Shown: piece after piece, positions 1 through 9,245 of the stretch
Layout: each line of letters opens with the position of its first letter
Position numbering within the stretch: the first letter of the stretch is position 1
DNA from: an uncultured Chloroflexia bacterium
GTDB lineage: Bacteria; Chloroflexota; Ktedonobacteria; Ktedonobacterales; JADMIN01
Assembly (NCBI GenBank): GCA_963718915.1
Contig: CAVRAI010000003.1
Location: 60,001-92,000, forward strand
Length of the DNA stretch: 32,000 bases
Reading direction: 5' to 3'
The notes under the pieces: generated by a model
Databases searched by the model: none
Seen by the model: the letters and a program-made list of their open reading frames with translations, nothing else
What the model was told of the DNA's origin: nothing
Program-made: the position numbers and the translations under genes

Positions 1-719
1 GTGACGATGGGGCGATCCTTCGGCAGAGCCTCTGCCCTGGCGGCGAGCTTTTTGAGTTTATCCAGCGGCAGATTGCGCGCGCTGGGCAGGTGTCCGGCAG
101 CGTACTCTTTGGCGCTGCGCACGTCGATGATGAGCGGTTGCGGCGAGGCGCTCTGTATCTGCTCTGGCGTCATCAGGTCACAAGTGACGGTATACGGCTC
201 GCCATGCACGCTGGCCAGCCGCGCGTGGATATCGGCGGCGCGCGCCATCTCGCCTCTCCGTTGATAATACTTCTCGATCTCCTGTAATGCCCAGGTGAAG
301 CCGTTGGCCAGAATCTCACCCTCGATAGGGCCAGGAGGATAGTCGCCATAGTAGTTCGGGGTTCGCAGGAACGCCTCGGAGGACCGCTCGACCGCCGTGG
401 TCAGCGCCTCCAGGTCAGTTCGTGTCGCCTGGGCCACCTCATCCCATGTCAGGCTGGCCTGCCTGGCAAGCTCGTCGCGGTTGAGCGCGTCGAAGTCTAC
501 CTCGCGTGGCGGCTCCTCGTCTCGCGCATAAAACCCCATGCGCTCGACCATGTAGCGCATCCAGAAGCCGGTGAGGGCCACCAGCTCTTTGGCCGAATAG
601 TCGTCATCCTTTCTGCCGCCAGCGTCGGCTCGTTCATTCGCGCTCCGGCTCGCCAGAAAATCGTCGAGCGCCTCACCCGTCTGTACAAACGCCACCAGCA
701 GTTCCGCTTTCCTCGCCAT
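1..719 (-). CDS. Partial CDS (3' end lies beyond window start): ClbS/DfsB-like (DUF1706-type) helical N-terminal domain fused to a rhodanese-like C-terminal domain
   Basis: Absent from the supplied ORF track because it has no stop inside the window. Reverse-strand ATG at 719-717 lies 5 nt after GGGAGG (rc of 725-730). My translation MARKAELLVAFVQTGEALDDFL...FWMRYMVERMGFY...NYYGDYPPGPIEGEILANGFTWALQEIEKYY... stays open to base 1. It ends ...PLIIDVRSAKEYAAGHLPSARNLPLDKL...PKDRPIVT, a typical first half of a rhodanese domain. The + ORFs 1..264 and 90..287 are antisense shadows. Confidence 0.6.
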   Translation of the reverse strand, partial: MARKAELLVAFVQTGEALDDFLASRSANERADAGGRKDDDYSAKELVALTGFWMRYMVERMGFYARDEEPPREVDFDALNRDELARQASLTWDEVAQATRTDLEALTTAVERSSEAFLRTPNYYGDYPPGPIEGEILANGFTWALQEIEKYYQRRGEMARAADIHARLASVHGEPYTVTCDLMTPEQIQSASPQPLIIDVRSAKEYAAGHLPSARNLPLDKLKKLAARAEALPKDRPIV

Positions 720-887
720 ACATACCTCCCATCAAACCAGTCTATCCGTTCGAGCTATCATCAGTGTACAGCGGCCAAGCAGACATCTCCTGTCATATTT
801 GGCCGCCGCCCTGGTACATACCAATCACTCCTGTGCTAACATGCTTGTGCGGAAAAGCGTCTCCCAAGTCTTCCAAGGATATCTGAC

Positions 888-2006
888 ATGAGCAGCAACT
901 ACGGCAGCTACGAGGCCCGCATTGGCGCGCTGGCCAGCGGCGAGAAGATTGACCTGCGCAGCGACACCGTGACCCATCCCTCGCCCAACATGCGCGAGGC
1001 GATGTATCGCGCGGAGGTCGGCGACGATGTCTATGGCGAGGATCCGACCGTCAACCAGCTGGAAGAACTGGCGGCGGCGATGTTGGGCAAAGAGGCGGGT
1101 CTCTTCGTCGTCTCAGGCACGATGGGCAACGCTGTCGCGATGCTGACCCACTGCCGCCGGGGCGACGAGATCATCATGGGCGACCGCGCGCACACCTATC
1201 TCTACGAGGTCGGCGGCCCGGCCCGGCTGAATGGCTCGGCCACGCGCCCGGTGCCGACGCTGGCGGATGGCACGCTCGACCGCGAGCGGCTGGCGCGCGC
1301 CTTTCAGGGCGACGACATCCACGAGGCGCGCACGGGGCTGCTCTGCCTGGAAGATACGCACAATATGGTTGGCGGGCGAGTGCTCTCGCCGGAGACACTT
1401 CGCGAGCTGGCGGCTCCCGCGCGGGCACGTAACCTGCCGGTGCATATGGATGGCGCGCGTGTCTTCAACGCTGCTGTGGCGCTGGGCATCCCGGTGAGCG
1501 CGCTGGCGGCGGAGGTGGATAGCGTGCAATTCTGCCTCTCGAAGGGGCTCAGCGCGCCGGTTGGATCGATGGTGGTTGGGTCGCGCGCTTTTATCGACGA
1601 GGGTCGGCGCGTTCGCAAGCTGCTCGGCGGCGGCATGCGCCAGGCGGGCGTCATCGCGGCGGCGGGCGTCGTTGCGCTGAACGAGATGGTCGAGCGGTTG
1701 GCCGAGGACCATGTCAACGCGAAGAAGCTGGCCAACGGGTTGGCGGCGATTCCGGGCATCACCATCGCGCCAGAGACCATCGAGACGAACATCCTCTTCT
1801 TTGGCGTGCGCGGCGAGGATGGCCAGGCGGGCGATGTGACGCCACTGGTGACGGCGGCGGCGCAGGCGGGTGTGCTGCTCTCCGGCGGCGACGATGGCCG
1901 CATCCGCGCGGTGACGCACTACGGCATCTCCGAGGCGGATATTGAGCGCTCGCTCGCGGTGCTGGCCGAGGCGATGGAAGGATTGCAAGCGCCAGTCGGA
2001 GCGTAG
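888..2006 (+). CDS. ltaE: Low-specificity L-threonine aldolase (PLP-dependent)
   Basis: 372-aa ORF. DLRSDTVTHPSPNMREAM, GDDVYGEDPTVNQLEE, SGTMGN, HMDGARVFNA, FCLSKGLSAPVGS (PLP-lysine motif) and GGGMRQAG run co-linear with E. coli LtaE as I recall it. Long antisense ORFs (1113..1988 and others) are Arg/Ala-rich GC shadows. Confidence 0.88.
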   Translation: MSSNYGSYEARIGALASGEKIDLRSDTVTHPSPNMREAMYRAEVGDDVYGEDPTVNQLEELAAAMLGKEAGLFVVSGTMGNAVAMLTHCRRGDEIIMGDRAHTYLYEVGGPARLNGSATRPVPTLADGTLDRERLARAFQGDDIHEARTGLLCLEDTHNMVGGRVLSPETLRELAAPARARNLPVHMDGARVFNAAVALGIPVSALAAEVDSVQFCLSKGLSAPVGSMVVGSRAFIDEGRRVRKLLGGGMRQAGVIAAAGVVALNEMVERLAEDHVNAKKLANGLAAIPGITIAPETIETNILFFGVRGEDGQAGDVTPLVTAAAQAGVLLSGGDDGRIRAVTHYGISEADIERSLAVLAEAMEGLQAPVGA

Positions 2007-2020
2007 AAGGTATCACCATG

Positions 2021-2155
2021 GCTGATACCAATTCCGGCTGGGTTGTTGTATTTGTGGAGCGTGCCGGAGCCTAAAGGCCCCGGCGAATGGGCCAGAGCGG
2101 GATGGAAATTCGCCGTAGCGTTCACGCTACGGCCTGCCTTCGTATGACAACAGTC
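2021..2155. repeat. GC-rich palindromic intergenic repeat, copy 1 (family shared with 11652..11760)
   Basis: gctgataccaattccggctgggttgttgtatttgtggagcg matches 11652-11692 in direct orientation. The core ccggagcctaaaggccccggcgaat...gaaattcgccgtagcgttcacgctacgg (2064-2133) matches the reverse complement of 11697-11756. It contains hairpins cggcgaat/attcgccg and ccgtagcg-ttca-cgctacgg, and the outer ends ggttgttgta / tatgacaacag are inverted. Confidence 0.55.
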
Positions 2156-2309
2156 CAATCGGATGTAGTATTATCAGTCCGCCATTCATGCCGTGAAGGC
2201 GGTTCAGACCTTACCGTGCTCAGATTCAGAGCATGACAAACGCGCCGGACGACGTGAATGTCATCCAGCGCGCGAGTATCGCCAAGAATGCGACGAGTAG
2301 AGGCTTCGC

Positions 2310-2813
2310 CTAGTAGGCTGGCTGCACTGGGCCGCCCGACCACTTCTCAGCCAGGTTGCCGACGATGGGCAGCTTGGTGTACTTGCCGGTAAACCCAGAG
2401 ACCATGCCCCAGATCACCAGGCCCAGGAAGCCAATCGCGCCAACGAAGTAGAGGCAGCTTAGCAGGCAGCCAATCAGGCCACCACCAGTGGCAAGAAGGC
2501 CCGTACTTCCTGCGGCGGAGTCGGCCGCGGTGCTACCAACGAGAATCACACCCTGGATGATGAAGAGGACGATGAAGAAGACCACGTACGCGGCGCCCAA
2601 CAGGATCGACTGCATCGCGTGGAACTTCACGAAGCGGTTGTTCTTCTCGATGAGGAAGAAGATCAACGGCAGGATTGGCGAGAAGAAATAGCCCAGACCC
2701 GCCGCGATATGCGCCTCCATCCCCATCGAGGTTGGACCCCACTTGGCTCCGGCGCTCTGTGCCTGCATCGGTGGCTGCATCGGCGGCTGCCCATAAGGTG
2801 GCTGATCACCCAT
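2310..2813 (-). CDS. DUF4870-family small membrane protein with Pro/Gln-rich N-terminus
   Basis: 167-aa ORF. AHIAAGLGYFFSPILPLIFFLIEKNNRFVKFHAMQSILLG plus further hydrophobic helices fit the DUF4870 pattern. The N-terminus MGDQPPYGQPPMQPPMQ is low complexity. Confidence 0.7.
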   Translation of the reverse strand: MGDQPPYGQPPMQPPMQAQSAGAKWGPTSMGMEAHIAAGLGYFFSPILPLIFFLIEKNNRFVKFHAMQSILLGAAYVVFFIVLFIIQGVILVGSTAADSAAGSTGLLATGGGLIGCLLSCLYFVGAIGFLGLVIWGMVSGFTGKYTKLPIVGNLAEKWSGGPVQPAY

Positions 2814-3343
2814 GTGATGTGTTCCCTTCCTAGCGGAAATATCTACTCCGCTACGCTAAAACAAGCCATCAAGAGTGGCCATGACCGAACGCAAACACAG
2901 GCCGAAAGTGAGAAAATGGACGAATGCGGCTCGCAAGAGACGTTGGCCGGTGCGTCCACCTCGACTGGAGGTCTGGTCTGGCCAGCAAAGACATACCAGT
3001 GAACCTGGTGTGCCTAGAGTGACATCGCTCCCGACCAAAACCGGGAGCTTCCTGGGGTCGTGCCCCACGCCATGATGCCTCAGGGCGAGAGCCTAAACTC
3101 ACAAGCAGTGTAACTGATGTTTAAGTTCTTGTCTACTGTGTGTTTTCCACAACCGCCCTACGAATCCGCGTTTCGACAACCGACCTGGTATTGAGCGCGC
3201 ATCGTTCAAAGGGCACGAACATTTTGGGGGTTCGCAGATGGCGCCCGCGTGTCACTGGATGCCCTGCCATTTGGGCTAGTCCGCTGCCTGCGCCACGCGA
3301 CGTGGCGTCATTCGCGCCATTCGCGCGCGGGGTCGCTATGGCT

Positions 3344-3349
3344 TATAAT
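3344..3349 (+). promoter_or_regulatory. Candidate -10 hexamer (TATAAT) upstream of the thiolase gene
   Basis: A perfect TATAAT in a GC-rich background about 95 nt upstream of the ATG at 3445. The 11-mer ttataatgaac (3343-3353) recurs identically at 15056-15066. No convincing -35 was found. Confidence 0.3.
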
Positions 3350-3444
3350 GAACGGTGCAGTCTTGTGATACATCATCCGTAATACCATACACCCGGAGAC
3401 GCACCCATTCGCTGGCTCCGGATGCGCAAGAAGGAGCCATCGTT

Positions 3445-4632
3445 ATGAGCGACAGGGATCCCGTTCTGGTCAGCGCGGTACGTACCCCCACGGGTCGTTT
3501 TCTCGGCGGACTCGCCAGCCTTCAGGCCACCGAGCTTGGCGCGCGGGCGATTCGCGCGGCCATCGAACGCGCGGGCAACTTCCCGGTGGATGAAATAGAC
3601 GAAGTCATCATGGGCAACGTCGTCACCGCTGGCGAGGGGCAGGCTCCCGCGCGGCAGGCGGGTATTGGCGGCGGCGTTCCCGTGGATATTCCCGCCGTCA
3701 CCGTCAACAAGGTCTGCGGCTCGGGCCTCAAAGCGGTGATGCTCGCCGCCCAGGCCATCAAAGCGGGCGACGGCAACCTCTATATCGCGGGCGGCATGGA
3801 AAGCATGAGCAACGCGCCCTATCTGCTGCCGCAGGGCCGCACCGGCTACCGGATGGGCAACGGCGAGGTCGTGGACGCGGTCGTCAACGACGGGCTGTGG
3901 TGCGCCTTCGAGCATATCCACATGGGCGAAGAGGCGGAGATCATCGCCGACAAGTTCGACATCTCGCGTGAGGCGCAGGATCGGCTCGCCTACGAGAGCC
4001 ACATGAAGGCCCAGGCAGCCACCGAGGCCGGGCGCTTCGCCGACGAGATCGTGCCCATCGAGATTGCCGACAGGAAGGGCAGTTTCACCGTGGATCGCGA
4101 CGAGCCGATTCGCCCCGATACCACGCTGGCGGCGCTTGGCAAACTTGGCCCGGCGTTCCGCAAGCCAGGCGGCACTGTCACAGCGGGCAACGCGCCCGGC
4201 CTGAGCGACGGCGCATCCGCGACGGTGGTTGCCAGCGAGGAATACGCCCGCGCGCACGATCTGCCGATTCTGGCGCGCATCACCGGATACGCCGCGGCGG
4301 CCATCGAGCCGAAGTACATCTTCGCCTGCCCGCCACGCGCCGTCCATCGTCTGCTGGAGCGCACCGGCCAGAAGATGAGCGACTTCGACCTGATCGAGGT
4401 CAACGAGGCCTTCGCCGCGCAGGTGCTGGCCAACGGCAAAGAGCTGGAATGGGACTGGGCGCGTGTCAATCCCAACGGCGGCGCGATTGCCCTCGGCCAT
4501 CCGATTGGGTCGAGCGGCTCGCGCGTGCTGACGACGCTGGTGCATGAGCTACGGCGGCGTGGCGGCGGGCGCGGACTGGCGACGCTCTGCCTGGGCGGCG
4601 GTGGCGCGGTCGCGATGTCGGTCGAGGTGTAG
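3445..4632 (+). CDS. Acetyl-CoA C-acetyltransferase (thiolase II)
   Basis: Track ORF 3355..4632. I prefer the ATG at 3445 (MSDRDPVLVSAVRTPTGRF) because AAGGAG lies at 3431-3436 and thiolases begin this way. Motifs: VNKVCGSGLKAV (active-site Cys), NEAFAAQ, NPNGGAIALGHPIGSSG, CLGGGGAVAM. Confidence 0.92.
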   Translation: MSDRDPVLVSAVRTPTGRFLGGLASLQATELGARAIRAAIERAGNFPVDEIDEVIMGNVVTAGEGQAPARQAGIGGGVPVDIPAVTVNKVCGSGLKAVMLAAQAIKAGDGNLYIAGGMESMSNAPYLLPQGRTGYRMGNGEVVDAVVNDGLWCAFEHIHMGEEAEIIADKFDISREAQDRLAYESHMKAQAATEAGRFADEIVPIEIADRKGSFTVDRDEPIRPDTTLAALGKLGPAFRKPGGTVTAGNAPGLSDGASATVVASEEYARAHDLPILARITGYAAAAIEPKYIFACPPRAVHRLLERTGQKMSDFDLIEVNEAFAAQVLANGKELEWDWARVNPNGGAIALGHPIGSSGSRVLTTLVHELRRRGGGRGLATLCLGGGGAVAMSVEV

Positions 4633-4691
4633 GGGCTATAATACCGTTTTGCACAATAGGAGGTGCACGCCATACTGGCTGGCGGCTGAAG

Positions 4692-4819
4692 CCGCGCCTA
4701 GGGGCTCCGCCGCAAAGGCCGCCTGCGCGGCCTCCAGAACATGTGTCTATGTCTGTCTCTGTCTCTGGAGCCTGCGCAGGCAGGCTTCGCGGCGGAGCGC
4801 AGCGGAGCCCTTAGCCGCG
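4692..4819. repeat. Long imperfect inverted repeat (about 45-bp arms) with a TGTCT-rich loop, in the thiolase-mutase spacer
   Basis: The rc of left arm 4692-4736 (ccgcgcctaggggctccgccgcaaaggccgcctgcgcggcctccag) aligns with right arm 4765-4819 (ctggagcctgcgcaggcaggcttcgcggcggagc[gcagcggagc]ccttagccgcg). Loop 4737-4764 is aacatgtgtctatgtctgtctctgtct. The inner perfect hairpin is ggccgc-ctgc-gcggcc at 4717-4732. Confidence 0.55.
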
Positions 4820-4935
4820 TGTTCACGCGCCAGGGCTGTCCCGACGGGCGTTTACGCCCTTCTGTAGTCTCTACCCCGGCCTTTCAAGGCCGGGATGGTA
4901 CATCGAATTGCCTCAACGAGGAGGGCGAGATCGAG

Positions 4936-6702
<1,767 letters not shown>

Positions 6703-8086
6703 CCCACTGAGCCTCTCCACGGCGGCCCTTTCTCTACAATGGGGAAGGGTCGCTTTTCATCTTTCTTCGGCCAGGAGACCTCTGCCTTTCAGGCATGGGG
6801 AGGAATGGCCGTCTCCTTTCGTGCTACTCGTGCTACGCGCGTGGCGTTTTCACACACTATGCGTTATATTGTGAACATGAGACAGAAACGCGCTTACCGT
6901 TATCGCTGCTATCCAACCGCCACGCAAGCCGCCGTGCTGGCGCGGACGTTCGGGTGCGCGCGCTATGTCTACAACTGGGCTTTGCGGGTGCGCACGGATG
7001 CCTACTATGAACGTCAGGAACGGGTGAGCTACGCCGATACCTCCGCTGCGCTGACCACGCTCAAGCAGCAGCCCGCTACCACCTGGCTCAATGAGGTGTC
7101 CAGTGTGCCGACACAGCAGGCATTGCGCCATCTGGATACGGCTTTTCGTAACTTCTTTGAAGGCAGAGCCAAGTACCCGCACTTCCATAAGAAGCGCGGC
7201 AAACAATCGGCGGAGTACACCACGTCCGCCTTCCGCTGGAATGCCGCGACCCGTACCCTGACCCTCGCCAAGATGACGACACCGCTGCACATTCACTGGT
7301 CGCGGCCCCTGCCTGCCCTGCCCGATGGCGCACAGCCCACCACGGTCACGATCAGCCGTGATACGGCTGGGCGCTACTTCGTGAGCATCCTGCTTGAAGA
7401 GGAGATTGCTCTCCTGCCTGAAACGAGCGGACAGGTGGGCATTGACCTTGGATTGCATGATATGGTCGTGCTGGATAGTGGCGAGAAGGTCGGCAACCCC
7501 CGCTTCTTTCAGGCGGATGAAAGGAAGCTGGCGAAAGCGCAGCGGCGTCTCGCCAAGAAACAGCGCGGTTCCAAGAATCGCGACAAGGCCCGCCGCAAGG
7601 TCGCCCGCATCCATGCCCGGATTGCCGACCGTCGCCGTGATTTCACCCACAAGCTCTCGACCCGCATCATTCGTGAGAACCAAACGATTTGCGTAGAGAG
7701 TCTGCGGGTGAAGGCGATGGGCAAGCATCCAACGCTGGCGCAAGCGATTCACGATGTCGGCTGGGGCGAGTTCGTCCGCGAGTTGGAGTACAAGGCCACC
7801 TGGTATGGACGCACCCTCGTCAGAATTGACAAGTGGTATCCCAGTTCCAAACGCTGCCATGCCTGCGGCCATGTGCTCGACTCCTTGACGCTCGCCATTC
7901 GCCACTGGACATGCCCGGAATGTGGCAGTGTCCATGACCGCGACGTAAACGCCGCACAGAACATTTTGGCCGCTGGGCTAGCGGTCTCAGCCTGTGGAGA
8001 AGCTGTAAGACCGGGACGGGTTCGCCCAACCACGGCAGGCTTCCGTGAAGCAGGAATCCCCCGGCTTTAGCCGTGGGGAGTGTCAA
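6703..8086 (+). mobile_element. IS200/IS605-family (IS1341-type, TnpB-only) element; the left boundary is approximate
   Basis: tnpB has no tnpA. The left-end region carries nested hairpins (aggagac 6773-6779 / gtctcct 6811-6817 enclosing tgcct-ttc-aggca 6783-6795). The right end has hairpin cccccggc-ttta-gccgtgggg (8058-8078) and ends ...gagtgTCAA at 8083-8086, like the TCAA right terminus of IS608. An abrupt switch to AT-rich DNA follows. Confidence 0.55.
6877..8070 (+). CDS. tnpB: RNA-guided endonuclease TnpB (IS200/IS605 OrfB)
   Basis: Track ORF 6739..8070. The family-typical start is MRQKRAYRYRCYPT at 6877. The RuvC triad context is intact (VGIDLGLHD, ICVESL, HDRDVNAAQNI), as is the zinc finger CHACGH...CPECGSVH. 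Confidence 0.9.
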   Translation: MRQKRAYRYRCYPTATQAAVLARTFGCARYVYNWALRVRTDAYYERQERVSYADTSAALTTLKQQPATTWLNEVSSVPTQQALRHLDTAFRNFFEGRAKYPHFHKKRGKQSAEYTTSAFRWNAATRTLTLAKMTTPLHIHWSRPLPALPDGAQPTTVTISRDTAGRYFVSILLEEEIALLPETSGQVGIDLGLHDMVVLDSGEKVGNPRFFQADERKLAKAQRRLAKKQRGSKNRDKARRKVARIHARIADRRRDFTHKLSTRIIRENQTICVESLRVKAMGKHPTLAQAIHDVGWGEFVRELEYKATWYGRTLVRIDKWYPSSKRCHACGHVLDSLTLAIRHWTCPECGSVHDRDVNAAQNILAAGLAVSACGEAVRPGRVRPTTAGFREAGIPRL

Positions 8087-8103
8087 TTGCCCTCTTTTGC
8101 CTG
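7930..8103 (+). ncRNA. Predicted omega/reRNA of TnpB (scaffold overlapping the tnpB 3' end plus guide beyond the right end); extent approximate
   Basis: By analogy with characterised TnpB systems, the guide RNA derives from the tnpB 3' end and right end. The terminal hairpin at 8058-8078 straddles the stop codon (8068-8070). The predicted guide is the flanking ttgccctcttttgcctg (8087-8103). No covariance model could be run. Confidence 0.3.
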
Positions 8104-8362
8104 CAATAAATCACAAAAATCAAAAAACTAAAGCCGCTTGAATTCAGTGTAGATCGCCATCTTCGGTCAATTGGTCGAATGATTTCAACAAATATCATGT
8201 TACGAATCGTTTGCCAGCACGTTGCTTTCCATAGCAGAGTGTCCGATGGCTAACACGCAACCTTCCGCGATGTCACGAATTCTAATCACCCCGTTAGCCA
8301 TCCCGCCGCACTCATAGCACATCGAGTAACACCAGATGTGGTGGGTAGTTCGTGGAGGCAAC

Positions 8363-9232
8363 ATGCGTATGCGCAAAGACACTGGCTCGAAGTTGCGCCA
8401 GGGGGCTGGCGGAAAAGTGAACACCCGACTTTTACGTTGGGGAATGATTATCACGACCATGCTCGGCGTGGTTGCATTATCGATTGGCGGAATCTTCACC
8501 GTCGTGGAGCGTGCGGGCGCGACAGATGATGTCTGTGCGAGCGGCTGCCCGTTTACATCTATTCAGGCCGCCATCAACGCCGCCTCTTCTGGTGGCACGG
8601 TGACGGTAGGCTCTGGTACTTATAATGAAGCGATCACGATCAACAAGCCACTCTCGCTCGTTGGGGCAAACGTCGGCGTAGACCCGGTCACCACCGCGCG
8701 CGGCGCCGAAAGCATCATTGACGCCACGGGACATGCGGTCGCGGTGACCGTCACTGCCGCGAACGTGACGATCAATGGCTTCACGATCTCTGGCGCGCAT
8801 GGCACGAATGCTCCTTCCTATATCACGAGCGCGGGCATCACCGGGCCAAGCGGTGTTGACGGTCTGCAAATCGTCAACAACATCATCACGGACAATTACA
8901 ACGGCATCTGGGAACTGGGCGGCACGACACTCACCATTGCCCAGAACATCATCCGTGATAATAGCGCCGCGCAGTTCGGTGGCTCCTGCTTTGGCGGCAG
9001 GCCATATTGCAACGGCATCTTCATCGGCGCGCACTTCACCTCGTTGAACATTACCGGCAACACGATTGATGAGTCGGGCCTGCCGGGCAGCTTCTCCACT
9101 CACTTCCAGCGCGCGATGAGCATCAATCCCTCGCCACAGGGAACCCTCACGGTGACGGGCAATACCCTCTACAACTCATCCACACTGGGGAACGTCACCG
9201 GAACGTTCAGCCAACAACAATATCTCGGGTGA
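8363..9232 (+). CDS. Surface protein fragment 1 of 3: signal/anchor helix plus right-handed parallel beta-helix (NosD/CASH-like) repeats
   Basis: Track ORF 8336..9232. The ATG at 8363 follows GGAGG (8354-8358). Features: hydrophobic MIITTMLGVVALSIGGIF, then CASGCPFTSIQAAINAASSGGTVTVGSGTYNEAITINKPLSLVG and repeated xITGNxI turns. It stops at 9230-9232, but the repeat continues in frame +1 (see findings). Confidence 0.75.
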   Translation: MRMRKDTGSKLRQGAGGKVNTRLLRWGMIITTMLGVVALSIGGIFTVVERAGATDDVCASGCPFTSIQAAINAASSGGTVTVGSGTYNEAITINKPLSLVGANVGVDPVTTARGAESIIDATGHAVAVTVTAANVTINGFTISGAHGTNAPSYITSAGITGPSGVDGLQIVNNIITDNYNGIWELGGTTLTIAQNIIRDNSAAQFGGSCFGGRPYCNGIFIGAHFTSLNITGNTIDESGLPGSFSTHFQRAMSINPSPQGTLTVTGNTLYNSSTLGNVTGTFSQQQYLG

Positions 9233-9245
9233 CTTTGGCATTCGC

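Noticed and set aside
1113-1988. Long antisense or overlapping ORFs opposite well-supported genes. Examples: 1113..1988(-), 3373..4545(-), 6850..7935(-), 10507..11646(-), 13069..14568(+), 16504..17829(-), 18186..20078(-), 26725..27648(+), 29623..30324(+).
   Set aside because: Their translations are Arg/Ala/Gly/His-rich with no motifs. They mirror genes that have strong family signatures. Such shadow ORFs are expected in GC-rich DNA.
2122-2343. 73-aa minus-strand ORF between the repeat and the DUF4870 gene.
   Set aside because: It overlaps the DUF4870 3' end and the palindromic repeat, and has no motif or RBS.
3150-3260. tRNA/tmRNA-like fragments (gggggttcgcagatgg at about 3226; rc gcggattcgtagggcgg at about 3165).
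   Set aside because: There is no full T-arm consensus (GGTTCGAnTCC), no acceptor pairing and no CCA context. These are chance resemblances.
4741-4935. N-terminal extensions offered by the ORF track (mutase from 4741, thiolase from 3355, tnpB from 6739, NuoG/GltD fusion from 17775, NuoF-like from 16438, ABC from 22975).
   Set aside because: The extensions are compositionally junk-like or lie in repeat/hairpin DNA. Internal starts with good Shine-Dalgarno sequences coincide with the family-typical N-termini.
4640-4935. Cobalamin riboswitch upstream of the B12-dependent mutase.
   Set aside because: I could not find the B12 box (AGYCMGGAGACCKGCC-like) or the GGGAA/GGTG..AA.TCC core. The structure present is a simple long palindrome.
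8200-8499. 99-aa minus-strand ORF in the AT-rich stretch after the IS, including a possible 40-aa CxxC peptide (MCYECGGMANGVIRIRDIAEG...).
   Set aside because: It overlaps the start of the surface-protein gene on the other strand, has no RBS or recognisable family, and its upstream half is junk. It could be a remnant, but support is insufficient.
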